Shown: positions 14,046-26,944 of the stretch, piece after piece
Layout: the number at the start of each line of letters is the position of its first letter
Numbering within the stretch: the first letter of the stretch is position 1
NCBI GenBank assembly: GCA_964016885.1
Contig: OZ024743.1
Coordinates: forward strand, 118,420,001 to 118,484,000
DNA: 64,000 bases
Origin: Eledone cirrhosa
Taxonomy: Eukaryota
Reading direction: 5' to 3'
Made by a program: the position numbers and the translations under genes
The notes under the pieces: generated by a model
Told to the model about the DNA's origin: nothing
The model's database searches: none
The model's input: only the letters and a program-made list of their open reading frames with translations

Positions 14046-15395
14046 CACCGTGTAACATATATTCTGTTCCCCGGTTCTAAGTATCATTTCCTAGTTTATT
14101 ATATGCCATTATTATCAACAAACACTATTATTTAATTAGAAGTTTGGGTTTGTCGTCAGGAGTTTGATATTTCTAAATTTTCGTATTTTTCAAGAAAAAA
14201 CACATCTAAAAAAAATTTATCAGTTCATATCATTAAATCAACAGAGTATATATTTATTTTATTACACAAGCTTATCAAAAGCAAACAAGTAAAAACAAAT
14301 AACACTTATAAAGCAACTTTACACGTCAGAAATGACTGGATTTCCTGGATTTGCGGTTGTAGTCCAGGTCGCATTGCCGCACTACCCCCCAGATATAGTC
14401 CCCCATCAGTTTTTCATTGTAGTGGCCCTGGTACCCCCGCTCTATCTCTTTCACATCTTGGTGGAATCGTTCGCCTTGTTTTTCTGAGTAGGCGCCCATA
14501 TTGTCCTTGAGTTTTTCCAGATGAGCGTCCAGCACATGGAGTTTAAGCGACATCATGCATCCCATGGCGCCAAAAGCCTTTATCACTGCACCAGTTGCTG
14601 GTAGTTTTCAGCTCTGTAGTTGCTCAGGAAGCACTTACCTTCTGCCTTGAAACAGTTCCATGGTGTCTCTCAATCCTATTGAGCTTATTGCAGAACTCAG
14701 TAGACTCAAACACCTTCTTTATCTGAGGTCTAACAAAAATTCCACTTTTGATTTTGGCCTCAGATAACTTGGGGAAGAACTTAAGAAGGTACTAAAAAAC
14801 GGCTGATTCTTGATTGAGAGCTTTCACAAACTGCTTCATCAACTTAATGTGCAGTGGCGGCATGAGCGCAATCCTGGGATCAAGCAGTGGCTCCCACATG
14901 ACGTTCCGGGTCCCAACTACAAATTCTGTTCGCTGCTCCCAGTTCTTTCTTTTGTAGTGGTCAGAGGTGGCTCTGCTGTCCCAGAGGCAGAGGAAGCTTT
15001 GGAATTTGATAAAGCCTCCTTGGAGTCCAAGCAGGAAAGCCACCATCTTGAAGTCTACAATGATTTAACAATTGCACTGGTTGTATTGTAGAGGACTTTC
15101 ACACTGTAGTAATCTTCCTTCAGGCAGACTGAATGAGCTAGGGGCAGTGTCGGAAACTTGTTTCCATTGTGGAGAAGGACAGCCTTCAAACTTGTGATGG
15201 AGCTGTCTATAAATAGTCGCCACTCCTTGGGCACAAACGGCACCCCAATAACGTCTAACAGTTCAGGCACGTCATGGCAGAAGCAGAGGTCATCCCTAAG
15301 AGTGTAAAAGCCTGAGAAATGTTCGTGTCGACTTCTCTGACTTGTCACCTGCACTTCATCCTTGACCACGTTCCACTGCTTCATCCTGGAGACGA
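14046..15395 (-). mobile_element. Chapaev-type (CMC superfamily) DNA transposon, disrupted transposase
   Basis: Motifs EWRLFIDSS..SLKAVLLHNGN, LLGLQGG..FLCLWDSRA, PPLHIKL.MKQFVKAL, MSLKLH.L.AHL, EKQGERFHQD..YQG..MGDYIW, split over three ORFs. Probable terminus CACCGTGTAAC at 14046. Confidence 0.85.
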
Positions 15396-17037
15396 ATGCT
15401 TAAAACACAACTTATCTTTTTTCAGGGTGCGAAAATCCAGTATCAATAAATCTCTTTAATCCACCTTTTAACAATTTTATACTTTATTGCATTTTTATAA
15501 TTTTCTTCAGGTATTACTCTTTGTTTTTATAATTTTAATTTAATCTGAAACATATATAAAAAAAAAATCATTTAACATAAGCAAATTAAACTTACATACA
15601 ACGTAAAATCCAGCATACAAATAATTCTAGTAAATAGCTTAGAATTTTTACAAACCCAAACTTTAACTGTTTAATAGCACTTTTTTTTTTATTTGGAACC
15701 TAAGCAACACAAAAAAGTGATTACAAGCCAAGAACAGAGAGGTGTAATGAAGAGGAAAGGCAATAAATAAATAAATAAATAAATAAATACATAAAAAGAT
15801 AAATGAATAAAAAAAAAATTGGATGAATGAATAAAAGAAATTTATAAAAAAGAAAAGAGGGATAACGACAAAAGAGTGGGAAGGTGTGAGGAAAGTAAAA
15901 GGGAACAAGGGGTGTTGGGTAAAGAAAAATAAAAAAAAATAAGGGAACATCGAATAGAGGGGGATAAAAAAAACCGTTGTTTTCAAATGTTAGATCAAAT
16001 AAGACATCAAATCTATTCACATAAACAATAGAATATCTCTTGTAATTGATTATGCTTTAGCTAATTATACTTATATATTATATCAAAATTAATCAGTATA
16101 GATTACTTTCTATAGCAATCACATATTTAGTTTAATTATAAATTGATATAATTTAATTTAACTTATAGATTATTATAATTTTTTAATTTTAAGGTAAGAT
16201 ATTCTATAAATATTTTGTTACAACTTTAAAAGAATTCATCTTTAAAGCGAATTTAAATAATTATTAAATATGTATTAAAATATAATACCATGCGTATATC
16301 ACCATCAATACATATAATATATTTAGACAATTAATTACCCAAATTATTTTATTTAATTAGGATATTCTCATTATAAAATCTTTACTATTCGTTAATTTTC
16401 ATTTAATTCCTAGGATTAAACTGTAGTTATATTTACTCTCAAAACTTTTATTTCATTAATTTAATGAAAGGTTATATTTACTTCTGTATATAATTATTTT
16501 GATATATAGTTTCCTTTTAATGATAGTCTATATATTATTCATCTACATATTTCATATTTAATATATTTTAGCAAAAAGAAAAGACATTTTTACGGACAAT
16601 GCAAACAAAAGGAAGATAATTCATTCACCATATACAAACATATATAACTTATCTCTACTCTCACGTCCAGCGATATTTCGAAAACCATATATCATCTATT
16701 GTATATATCATAATTGATGTCTAATTAAATATAGAACTGTCTTAATCAAAGCATAGGATAACGAGACTCTTAATGAAATTATTCTAATACATATAAATCT
16801 CAATAGGCAAAATTTATATATATATTAAATTATTAATTGTCAATATTTTTTCGAAACTTATACATTGCCTGGAAAGTTTTTACTAATATTATGGTGACAA
16901 CTACTAAATAATTCATTTTTTTGTTGATTAAATTAAATTGGAAAACGTCTTTGTTGACTGCTTCTAATCTATTGTAAAACTGTATTTGTTGAGTAATCAA
17001 CGAACCATACTAATCTTTGGTTATATATATATATATA

Positions 17038-19542
17038 TTCCTTTAAGTCGTTTGGAAGTCTCGACAATGCAGATGGGTAAATCTCCGGTAACAAGATCCG
17101 GTGGTGGAGAGAGAGATGTAAGTGGGTGTACATTGAGATGCGTGGCGTGTAGAAGACTGTAGCGTGTAGAAGAATGTAGGAAAGAGCGTAAAGGATAAAC
17201 ATAAAAATAATAACACGAGATAGAGTTACTTTGGGAGAGATTTAATTGTCCCTATATATTTCGGATTCACATCCATCAAATGGGTTTTTTTCGGGGGGAG
17301 GGGGGGACACACATACACACACACATCAACGCCGCCTCAACCAACATCTGCGACCGGCGGAAGCTCCCGAAGAAGCTGAGATACAACCTCCTCACGAGGA
17401 ACAGCAGACTACCCGCCTTCTACCACCTCGTGAAAACACACAAACAGGGACCCGACCTGAAGATCAAGCCCATTGTATCGAGCGTGAAAGGACCGCTCTA
17501 CAAAATTTCATGGCTCCTAGACAGAATACTCAGATCCATCTTAGACACCTTGCCGGGACACGTTAACAGCTCCGAGGAGATGTTGAAGCGCCTGCATCAA
17601 ATGGATCCCGACACCAAAAAGGATAACAGATATGCCTTCAGCCTTGATGTAGTCGCTCTCTACACCTCGGTCGTAGCAATCCCGGCCGTTAATATGCTGA
17701 TGGAACGCGTCCAATCCACCGACCTACACTGCTTCGGCCTCACCACCACTGACATCCACCAACTCCTATCCATCGTCGTCGACAACATCTACTTCGGATT
17801 CCTTGACCAAGCATACCAGCAAACCTCGGGACTGCCCATGGGCTCAAGCCTGTCGGGTGTGCTAGCGATCTCTTACATGGACAGCCTCGAGCGCAAGGCA
17901 CTCAACGCCTGCCACCCCAACGCCGTCGCCTTTTTCTCAAGGTACGTGGACGATATCCTCATCCTCACATCTTCCCAAGACATGGCGAACAGAATCTATG
18001 AGACATTCAACAACACAGACGAGAACATTGACTTCAGTGTTGAACACCCCAGCGACGACGGGTCACTTGCCGAATCAATTCGAATCAACATCACGGTACA
18101 GGGAGGGATCCACTGCAACTTCTACCGAAAGGCAGCCTGCAGAGACCTGTTCGTCCACTACAAGTCCGCCCTCCCTAACAGTGCCAAAAGAGGATACATC
18201 ACGAACGAGATCGCGCGAATCAAAAACAGATGCAGCGATCCCGCGAGTGGTGTCAGTCATACCAAGCGATTCCTCGAGGTGCTGGAGACGAACGGGTACC
18301 CCACCTCGCTCACAGACAGAGTAGAAGACAGAAGAGACAGAGAGGCACCCAAGGCAAGTGCTTCCTTAAAATGCCACACCTGGGCGAGAATACCACCAAC
18401 GCTATCCGCAAGGCTATACGGAGGGAGGGCCTCGACATCCACCTGGCCCACTCGGGCCCCTCCCTGCGAAGATGCTTCTCTAGGAAACCCGGGAAATCAA
18501 CTGACGCGTGCTCCCTCAGAGACTGCCCGATGCACCATCCCAACTGTTGCCTACGCACATACGTCGTGTATAAGATAGAATGTAACAAGTGCAACCAATA
18601 CTATATAGGTAGCACAATCCGGCCGCTGCACATCCGGATCAAGGAGCACACTAACACCAGGGGCTCATCTTTCTGGAAACACATAGCCAAATGCGGAAAC
18701 AAAGACGGAAGGCCCATTGTCACAATTCTAGCGACAGAAAGAAACGTCGGCACATTACGTATCAAGGAAGCACTTTGGATCAAACGCCCAGGGCCACAAT
18801 TAAACAACCGATCCGAGAGAAGAGAAATGAGGTGGTTGGTTTAAGTAAACAAACGATGCAGCAACACACGCACACACACACAAGCGAGACAGCAACACAC
18901 GCACACACACACACACACACAGTAGCATTCCACCATACGAACATACTACACTGCCAATACAGAGGAACAAGGCAACAACACACGCACACTCAAGCGAGAC
19001 AACAACACACGCACACATACACAGTAACATTCACCAAACAGGCAGAGAATACTATGGATGACAGCTAGCGCCACCCCACTCCCACAAATGAAAGAACTAT
19101 TTCGGCCGCCGACATCTGCTTGACCGACCCCATTTCACGCGCACGCGCGCTCTGCTGAATACGTTAGATATTCAAAACAACGAACAGCGGAGGACACGTT
19201 TCGCACTTTTCCGACAGACAACCTCCCCCCCCCCCCCCCCCGGAAAAAACCCAGTTGATGGATGTGAATCCGAAATATATAGGGACAATTAAATCTCTCC
19301 CAAGATAACTATATCTCGTGTTATTATTTTTATTTTTATCATTTACGCTCTTTCCTACATTCTCCTACACGCTACAGTCTTCTACACGCCACGCATCTCA
19401 ACGTACACCCACTTACATCTCTCTCTCCACCACCGGATCTTGTTACCCGGAGATTTACCCATCTGCCTTGTCGAGGCTTCCAAACGACTTAAAGAAATTT
19501 ACATTATTATTCCACAATGCTTCAAGCAAACTTCAATACTCT

Positions 19543-19545
<3 letters not shown>
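17038..19545 (+). mobile_element. Penelope-like element, 5'-truncated, with inverted pseudo-LTRs, flanked by (TA)n
   Basis: 17038-17306 is the reverse complement of 19222-19496. A 3' tail of about 50 nt follows, then (TA)n. RT and GIY-YIG ORFs lie inside. Confidence 0.95.
17325..18844 (+). pseudogene. PLE reverse transcriptase plus C-terminal GIY-YIG endonuclease (one frameshift near 18330-18360)
   Basis: RT: FYHLVKTHK, KPIVSS, SLDVVALYT, GLPMGSSLSGVLA, RYVDDI. Endonuclease, in ORF 18230-18844: VVYKIECNKCNQYYIGSTIRPLHIRIKEH..KEALWI..PQLN. Confidence 0.93.
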
Positions 19546-19585
<40 letters not shown>

Positions 19586-19879
19586 GGATATGTGTTCCTA
19601 CACGCACAGGCGCTAAGGGACACATGTATTGTCCAACCGTATGTAGGAACACATATCCTATTATTACTCCACTCCTCTATGTTGAGAACAATTTGGTCGT
19701 TCTGACTGCTGCTAGTTATAGCAGTAGCCATTTGACCTCCCTGCCTCTGCCTTTATTTTTACACTCGGCCCTTGAAAAAAATTGGTTCCACTTCATTTAC
19801 TCTCATCTCGGGAACAATTTTGAATAGCGCCAGTTCGTACTTTGAATTCGAGAATTTTATATTCTCCGAATGAAAAGAT

Positions 19880-19961
19880 CCTTCTGACGAGATTCTTTCT
19901 TTGCAACGAAGGCCGTATGGACTCCGTTTATTTTTGAGAATCGAAACCGAATCGGTAAAGG
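19880..19961 (+). ncRNA. Type I hammerhead ribozyme, intact
   Basis: cctt-CTGACGA-gattct...agaatc-GAAA-ccg(aat)cgg-TA-aagg. GUA site ends at 19957. (TA)n starts about 70 nt downstream. Confidence 0.85.
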
Positions 19962-20029
19962 TAACCATAGTAAGTACAGTTAATTTTTAAACATTTATTT
20001 TGAAACTTTATCCTATTTGCTAAACCTTG

Positions 20030-20075
<46 letters not shown>

Positions 20076-20082
<7 letters not shown>

Positions 20083-20307
20083 GTATATATACGTACATAC
20101 ATATATGTGTACAGACGCACAGTAGTATGTATATATATACATACATGCACACATATATATATATACGTATGGGTTTACCGAACATTTATTATAATGTTCG
20201 GTTTGTTTGTTTACTATATATATGTGTGTATGTATGTATATATATACATACTATTGTGCGTCTGTACACATATATGTATGTACGTACGTATACATACTTA
20301 TATTTAG
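20076..20307. repeat. About 85-bp inverted repeat with a central hairpin
   Basis: TGTGTACAGACGCACAGTAGTATG versus CATACTATTGTGCGTCTGTACACA. Spacer hairpin ACCGAACATT/AATGTTCGGT. Confidence 0.85.
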
Positions 20308-20615
20308 GTATCAGTCGTACTAAGAGTGAGAAATGAAATTTCATTTGATTCTTTTCCATATATATAAAAATATAAATATATATATATATACACACACATA
20401 TACATATACAAGTACCAATCTGTATCTTGCCTTTCCATTGGATAACATTGGTGGCGTGTATAGGAGAAACTTTTGGTATGGGCAATTATTTGTCTCATAT
20501 AAAACCTGTCCAGGCCTGAGCAGATATTTGGCCAAATCTGTCAGACGGAAACGTGAGATAAAGAGGGTCGTGGTGGAAGTATTTGATTTAATACACTATG
20601 ACAAAACTCTTTAAA

Positions 20616-20792
20616 TAGTTGTTTCTACTTTTGGCACAAGGCCAGCAATTAACCAGTACATTACTGGTACTTTATTTTATCGATCCCATAAGGTTGAAAG
20701 GCAAAGTTAACCTCGACGTGATTTGAACTCGTAAAGGGACGTAACTATGCTGGAAAGCATGGTGTCCGAACATCTACCGATACTCCCAATTC
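20616..20792 (-). mobile_element. SINE
   Basis: Reverse complement of tail, core and head. A more decayed copy follows at about 20930-21080. Confidence 0.8.
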
Positions 20793-21738
20793 CTTTTAAA
20801 TAGTGTAAGTTCGTTGTGTTCCCGAAACTGATAACGAATTCACAAAAAAATGGTCAACTAAATTTTCAATGATTCCATCTTTCTTTGTCTTTTTCTGTAG
20901 TTTCAAGCTTTGAAAGTTAAACATTTTGTTCGGCAGTCTGATAGATCTGGTAGAGCGTACAAAAAGGTATCAAAGAGTTTTTGGTTTGATACATTTTCAT
21001 TCTGATTTCGAATCCTATATGAGTACAATTTGATTTTCATACTTTTCGGGTCGATAATATAAGTACCAGTTGAAGTAAGTGAACAGATGGGACGATATAA
21101 TTGATTCATACACTTAGGAAGTACTACCCCGTTAGAGTTATGTTCAATGACTGGAGCTATTAATGTGCATAGTGAGCAATATAAAAACTGAACTTGCTAA
21201 AGGTTTCTTCAATTATCTAAGTCTGCTAACTAAACAACCCATCTTAACATGTCTCTATCTGTTATAAATTTCACATACTAATTCATGAGTTATCGTTAAT
21301 AGTGGCATTCTGTTGCTGTTGCTATTATTGTTGTTATTGTTATTGTTATTGTTGTTCGTGTTTGTATCATCACTGATTTCATTAAAAATCTACTTAGTTA
21401 TCGTCTTCTATTAAATTTCTTTATATCTTAAAAATATATGTTATCGACATATGCAAGAATAGAGAAACAAACACCTCTAAATCCAGGAATGCGAAAATAA
21501 CCACCACCACCTCCGCCACCACCACCAGTAGCAAGAGCAGCGGCAGCAACAGCAAGTAATAGTAGTAGTAGTAGTTGTAGTAGTAGTAGTAGTAGTAGTA
21601 GTACTTTTACAATAACAACACAAAAATTAACAAGCAAAATAAGAATAAGGAGAATGTTGTCATAAAACTTATCACTTATTTAAGTATTCTCACGAACTAT
21701 ATAACTACGTATATGTACAAAAAGTAAATGATAATTTC

Positions 21739-21769
<31 letters not shown>

Positions 21770-22255
21770 AACGCACCCACTCTCACACACACATGTTTAA
21801 ACATATCTCTGTGTATATGTATGTGTACGTATGTATATGAGTAGTAACGAAGCTATCCCTCTTTTAAATGATCTATTCATCAATTTGATATCCTTCTCAG
21901 AAATGTTCTATATTGTTGACAATTTTATCGGTATTTCTGCAGCTATAATGCATTATTTATTAAGGCATTATGAATTTTATGTTTGCTTCGAAACCAAATA
22001 TATGTATATTTTAATGTTTTCAGAGTGAGAAGACAAATTTATTAGGGGTATTCAATTTAATAAAATAAATATTATAAATATATTCAAAACACAATCTATT
22101 TTAAAATGCAACATTCCTCCAAATAATATAATGCAGCTTTATGTTTAGCATCGTCTTGAAATTCCATGCAACAAACTCGAAACATTTTCCTTTTACCCGA
22201 CTTCGTCTATTTGTAAATCTCCCATGTATAATAGATCACGCCTATGTATGCAATA

Positions 22256-22674
22256 TCATTTTAAGTAGGGACTATGTCACTTACTTCTTTTTTCGGTAAA
22301 GGAAGGGAGAGAAGCTGACAGATTCTGTTTCACACTGTTGGTGTTCCTCAGAGCAGCGTACTCCCTGCCTCTGCCGAAAATTATAGAGGCTGGATTCTTA
22401 TAGAATTCCAGTAATAATCAGGAACTGATTATACAGAGCGAAAAAAAGAAGTAAGTAACATAGTCACTACTTTAAAATGATAGCGCAATATCTTCAAAAT
22501 GTTTTTAATTAAACATACGGCATATTGCCAAATATACTATACATACATTCATGTATACATCGCTATTTCAGAGCACCAATGCTAATTTATAATTTTTGCT
22601 GGACCGGCATCGCTCTGTATAATCAGTTCCTGATTATTACTGGAATTCTATAAGAATCCAGCCTCTATAATTTT
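22256..22674. mobile_element. Rearranged copy of the element at 58472-58765
   Basis: Shared blocks GACTATGTCACTTACTTC, GAGAGAAGCTGACAG and CTTATAGAATTCCA..GATTATACAGAGCG, two of them present in both orientations. Confidence 0.85.
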
Positions 22675-23604
22675 GTGTATGTTTATAATGAATTTTTCAA
22701 GAAGATTTCATGAAATTTAACAATATTAGGAAGTCAGCCAAATGCTTATAATCGAATAACAACAGTACCGTCATTAGAAATGTTAAGAACATTAATTACA
22801 TAAACAGCCTCAACATTACCCAAGTCGATATTTTTGAATTTATCGTTCTATCACTAAACTGCTATTTAGCACAACCATAGAATTAGCTAGACAATATAAC
22901 ATATAACAATAATGATAAAGATATTACTATGCACACAGTTAAAATGAGATTTGTTCTGCGAAAAGGATCATGAGGAGTTGAAACTCAAGTTTAAAGTCAA
23001 TTGACAGTTCAGAGATATGTGAACGTGTTGCACTCAGAACAATATGTATGGATTAAAAAGAAATTCAGTCCATATGGAGAATTCCACACCAAAGGGAGCT
23101 CCGTAGATATCCATGATATAGTAAATAATGTAACACAATTTTGACGTCACTATATATATTGCTACATATACTTTCTATCAATTGTATAGGACTAAATTTA
23201 CAAAACACAAAAATAATATGGATTTTTCACATGATATGAAAGTTAACTATTCTTGCGTGGATAACAAAGACTCCCACAGTCGAAACCACATCTGTATAGC
23301 TTCTACCCAAGCAATATACCTGGGAAGGTCTAAATCGAGTAAACTTGTTTACGGAAGGGATTTTTTTCTTCCCAATGCTGTAGCAAATAGAAGCAAACTC
23401 ACGAAATGGTACCTTGAGAATATACTTACCACAAATCATTTCATAGCAATATGAACAACATTTGATTTTCTAAACTAGCCAAGATATGAATAATCGAGGA
23501 CGCTTGATGATTTAGACAGACATCCCTGGTATGAAACTATAATATATATATAGAGATCACTTATTTAGTTTAGACACACACATGCACCCATACATATATC
23601 TATC

Positions 23605-24112
23605 TATCTAGGGCGGATAAAATTTCGAGATCCATGGACGAGCTCTCTCCAGCGGTCTCTGTCCCTCATTATCACTGTCAAGTCCTGCGTCTCCATCAGA
23701 CCAGCGTCTGTCCTTAGGGCATCAACATATGTTAACTTCGGGCATCCTCTTCCAGTGTGTCCATGCAGGGCCCTCCACAGGAGCACTGAGTGCAGTGTCA
23801 ACTCTGGATGTCGGTGAGCATGTCCAGCTAACGTCAGTCTCCTGTGTCACTTTTGAGCTGACTTTTGGGAGGCTCCCGTACACCTCTGAGTTATTCATCC
23901 TTAGTGTATACTGATTGCCGAAGATGATGTGGTCGAGAAGAAGAGCAAAGCCTGGGCGGCGTGCCACAGCTTGAGATCGGTGTGGAAGTCGGACCTTCGT
24001 AAAGACTTGAAAATCCGCCTCTTCGTTGCTGTAGTGGAGTCTGTGCTGCTGTACGGGTCTGAGACTTGGACACTGACCAAGAAACTCACTCAGATGGTGG
24101 ATGGGTGCTACA
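23605..24112 (-). mobile_element. RTE LINE (same family as 10430-10872) with an inverted 5' segment
   Basis: 23605-23915 (-) runs from NQYTLRM to the 3' end. 23916-24112 (+) encodes KSKAWAACH..ESVLLYGSETW..DGCYT. Confidence 0.9.
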
Positions 24113-24764
24113 CACATATATATATATCAAATTAAAAATACGAGGCAATAATAGACAAAGATTTACCTATATTTTCTTTAAAGTCCCGAGTTCAGGTTCG
24201 AGTGTGTGCACGAGTGAATGTAGCTAGCTGTATGACATGTTGTCAAATGATAGTGTTATCGTATAAAGAAGTACGTCTCAGTATTTTATAATAAGCCCAG
24301 AATGTTATTAATTATCCTATGAAAATATCTGCATATAAGATTTAATGTTGTGACGAATCAATGATTCATCCAACTTTTTCATTATAGACTTACAAGGGTT
24401 CCGGTAACTGATTAGATTAAAACTGACGGGGTGGAGATGTATTTAGAAATATTTAAAGGATGTATGTCTAGATGGAGAATATTTTCTTTCTAAAGAAAGG
24501 AAGTACGTATACTGACCTTTTATGGTTGAAATTTCAATATACGCCACAGATTCGATATAAGTTAAATACTGAAAAGCTTATTGAAATATCTAGAAATAAA
24601 GGAGCATTGTAATTGAGTGACGCCATATCTGATGACATTACATATACTGCTGGTTATATACACCCTCTTCCCCCATATATATTATTATTAGTAGAGATGT
24701 TTATCCTACTTCTTTCAAACAAGATAATTTGGCATTAGAATAAATATATGTAAATTCAAAACCA

Positions 24765-25110
24765 TTATGGAGAAACATATGAATGGGATTTGCCCACTAT
24801 ACAGGAGCAAATCATGGAATAGCAGAGAAAGGACTAAGAAAAAGATATGAAAGGCCAAATCATGGTATGACAGCGAAAAAATTCCAGAGTGTTTTGTTCG
24901 TGGATAATACTCCTAGAGGCGAACTAGTGTATCGTTTTAGAAGAGCTTTAAAATAGATAAACCTTGGGATTAAAGTAGCATAAAAACAGGAGCTACCATA
25001 AAATCCCAGACCAGGAAACACCCTGTGCTGATAGAAACTGTATAGTCTGTAAGATAAGCATACAGATAAACTGTAAAACTAGAAAAGTACTCAATAGGAC
25101 AAGATGTACA
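24765..25110 (+). mobile_element. PLE fragment homologous to 8495-8800
   Basis: Shared AGGAGCAAATCATGGAATAGC, CCAGAGTGT..TGTTCGTGGAT and CTGTAAAACTAGAAA. Confidence 0.8.
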
Positions 25111-25274
25111 GAGGGATGATGCAGAAATAAGACAATGAATATAGATTCCATAACTCCTTGTGGAATCGCAGAGGCACCGTCAAACGGTGTCTCTAGGGCA
25201 CTTTTAAACCTGGAGGAGCCTAACCCTCTCCCGGTCTGAACGCAGTCGATCTTTTCTATAGTGGAAGAAACGCT

Positions 25275-25357
25275 CCCAGTACTGGACTGGTACTTTTTTT
25301 AATCGACTTTGAAAGGATGAAAGGCAAAGTTGACCCCGGCGAGGATTTGAACTCAGA
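25275..25357 (-). mobile_element. SINE core fragment, apparently within a decayed LINE-like segment (about 25150-25520)
   Basis: CTGGTACTTTTTTTAATCGACTTTGAAAGGATGAAAGGCAAAGTTGACC..GGATTTGAACTCAG. Confidence 0.65.
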
Positions 25358-26944
25358 GAAACAACCACTCTCAGGCTACTATCTATGTAGTACTTTCCCT
25401 TCCAGCACGCTGAAGGCAATGGATAGAGTCATTGACAATCACCTCGCTCAACACCTTGAATGTCCCACTCACCTTAACATCATCAAATTCGTAAGGGCAG
25501 GTGTATTGGCAACCAATTCTCTAAAAGTTAAATATATATATGTACATAAACAGTACAGAGTTAACCAAGATTGTGTAAATGCTTATCTAAATATACACAT
25601 TGATTCTACAGATGTGTGAAGAATTATTTTAAAAAAAACAGTGGATTGTATCAATGTAATGGGGCTATGCCAGAGGATATCTAAATCAAGGGAATACAAA
25701 ATTGAGTGCGCAAAACTCAAATGTACGTACTTCCCTAACGATTAAAAATATACTCAGTGCGTATATTTATATAGTATTATGTAGTAATTATATTAGCCAT
25801 CAATACAAGCACAAACTATATGCAAATTAGTACCATTGTTAATATTACATTTAGTATAATATATAAACGAATAAAGTCACTAATTACTGATTTCTATATG
25901 TTCTGATCACATCCTAATGGAGGTCAGACATCGTATCAATGATGTTATAATTATGTTTAATATACAGGGAACATGGACTTTGCCACGTCAGTCTAATCAA
26001 AGTCTATATTCATATATATATATATATATAAAAGGAGTCTCAGTTACATCTGTGCTGTATATGTTCAGACATTTATTCATCATATATACATGAATACATA
26101 TAAGAATGAGAAAGCTCATCGCTAGAATAACCGTTAAAACAGTTAAATGCGGTCAAAGACAGCAATGGCCCAAAAACGCCTCAAAGGGCAGACAACAGCG
26201 AACAGTGGTCATCAGATAAACAATCCACAAGTTGGGTGATATGCAGTTGAAATATAGGAACGATTGAAAGAGGAGGAGATCAAAGAGAAGTGCGCAGGCG
26301 TACATAAGTGACTGGAAGAAAGAAATAAAGAAAGGCGATGTACATGACAAGTTTACACGGTCATCTGCTTTCAAACCAGCAAAATGGTTTCGCACGATTT
26401 AATTGAGAGTACCATTTTAAAAAGCTGGATAGGGAAACAGAAAAATATATCTTTCTGTTGGTATGATGTGTGTATGATAAAACAAACAACACAAATAGAA
26501 GGACATCCTTCTATTTGTTATCTTTGTTTCATCACATTCACATCATAGGAATATACCACCATATGAATATACCACCGACAGTAAATTATTTTATTTAACA
26601 ATTTGCTGTTAGTTAGCATAAACTATAGGTATCATCAGAGTTTAATCAAAATCCAAAACGATTGAAACAATATCAATACAAATCATTTAAGAACAGCAGA
26701 TGAAATGTATCACTCATTAAGTAGCATGTCAAAATAAGAGGGTGCCAGATGTCTTGAAACACTTAAATGTTATCTAGAAGCGTAGTAACTTTCCAATAAT
26801 GAATTAGAAGTTATACAGTTTTATCGAATCAATATTCATAGTCTGTAAAAAACAATCAATCCAATTGAACGGTGTTAAAGTTGATATATATTTACTGCAG
26901 GATTAACATTGTATCAGAACACATGAAATCATACGGAGTGAATA

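Noticed and set aside
15400-16860. Possible NUMT (very AT-rich, with TTTAATCCACCTTT resembling 12S rRNA antisense)
   Set aside because: No other conserved rRNA, tRNA or mitochondrial protein motifs. It runs into a PLE-type terminus, so decayed retroelement is more likely.
24550-24640. GAAA followed by CTGATGA as another permuted HHR
   Set aside because: Stem III could pair but stem I does not, and the spacing differs from families A and B.
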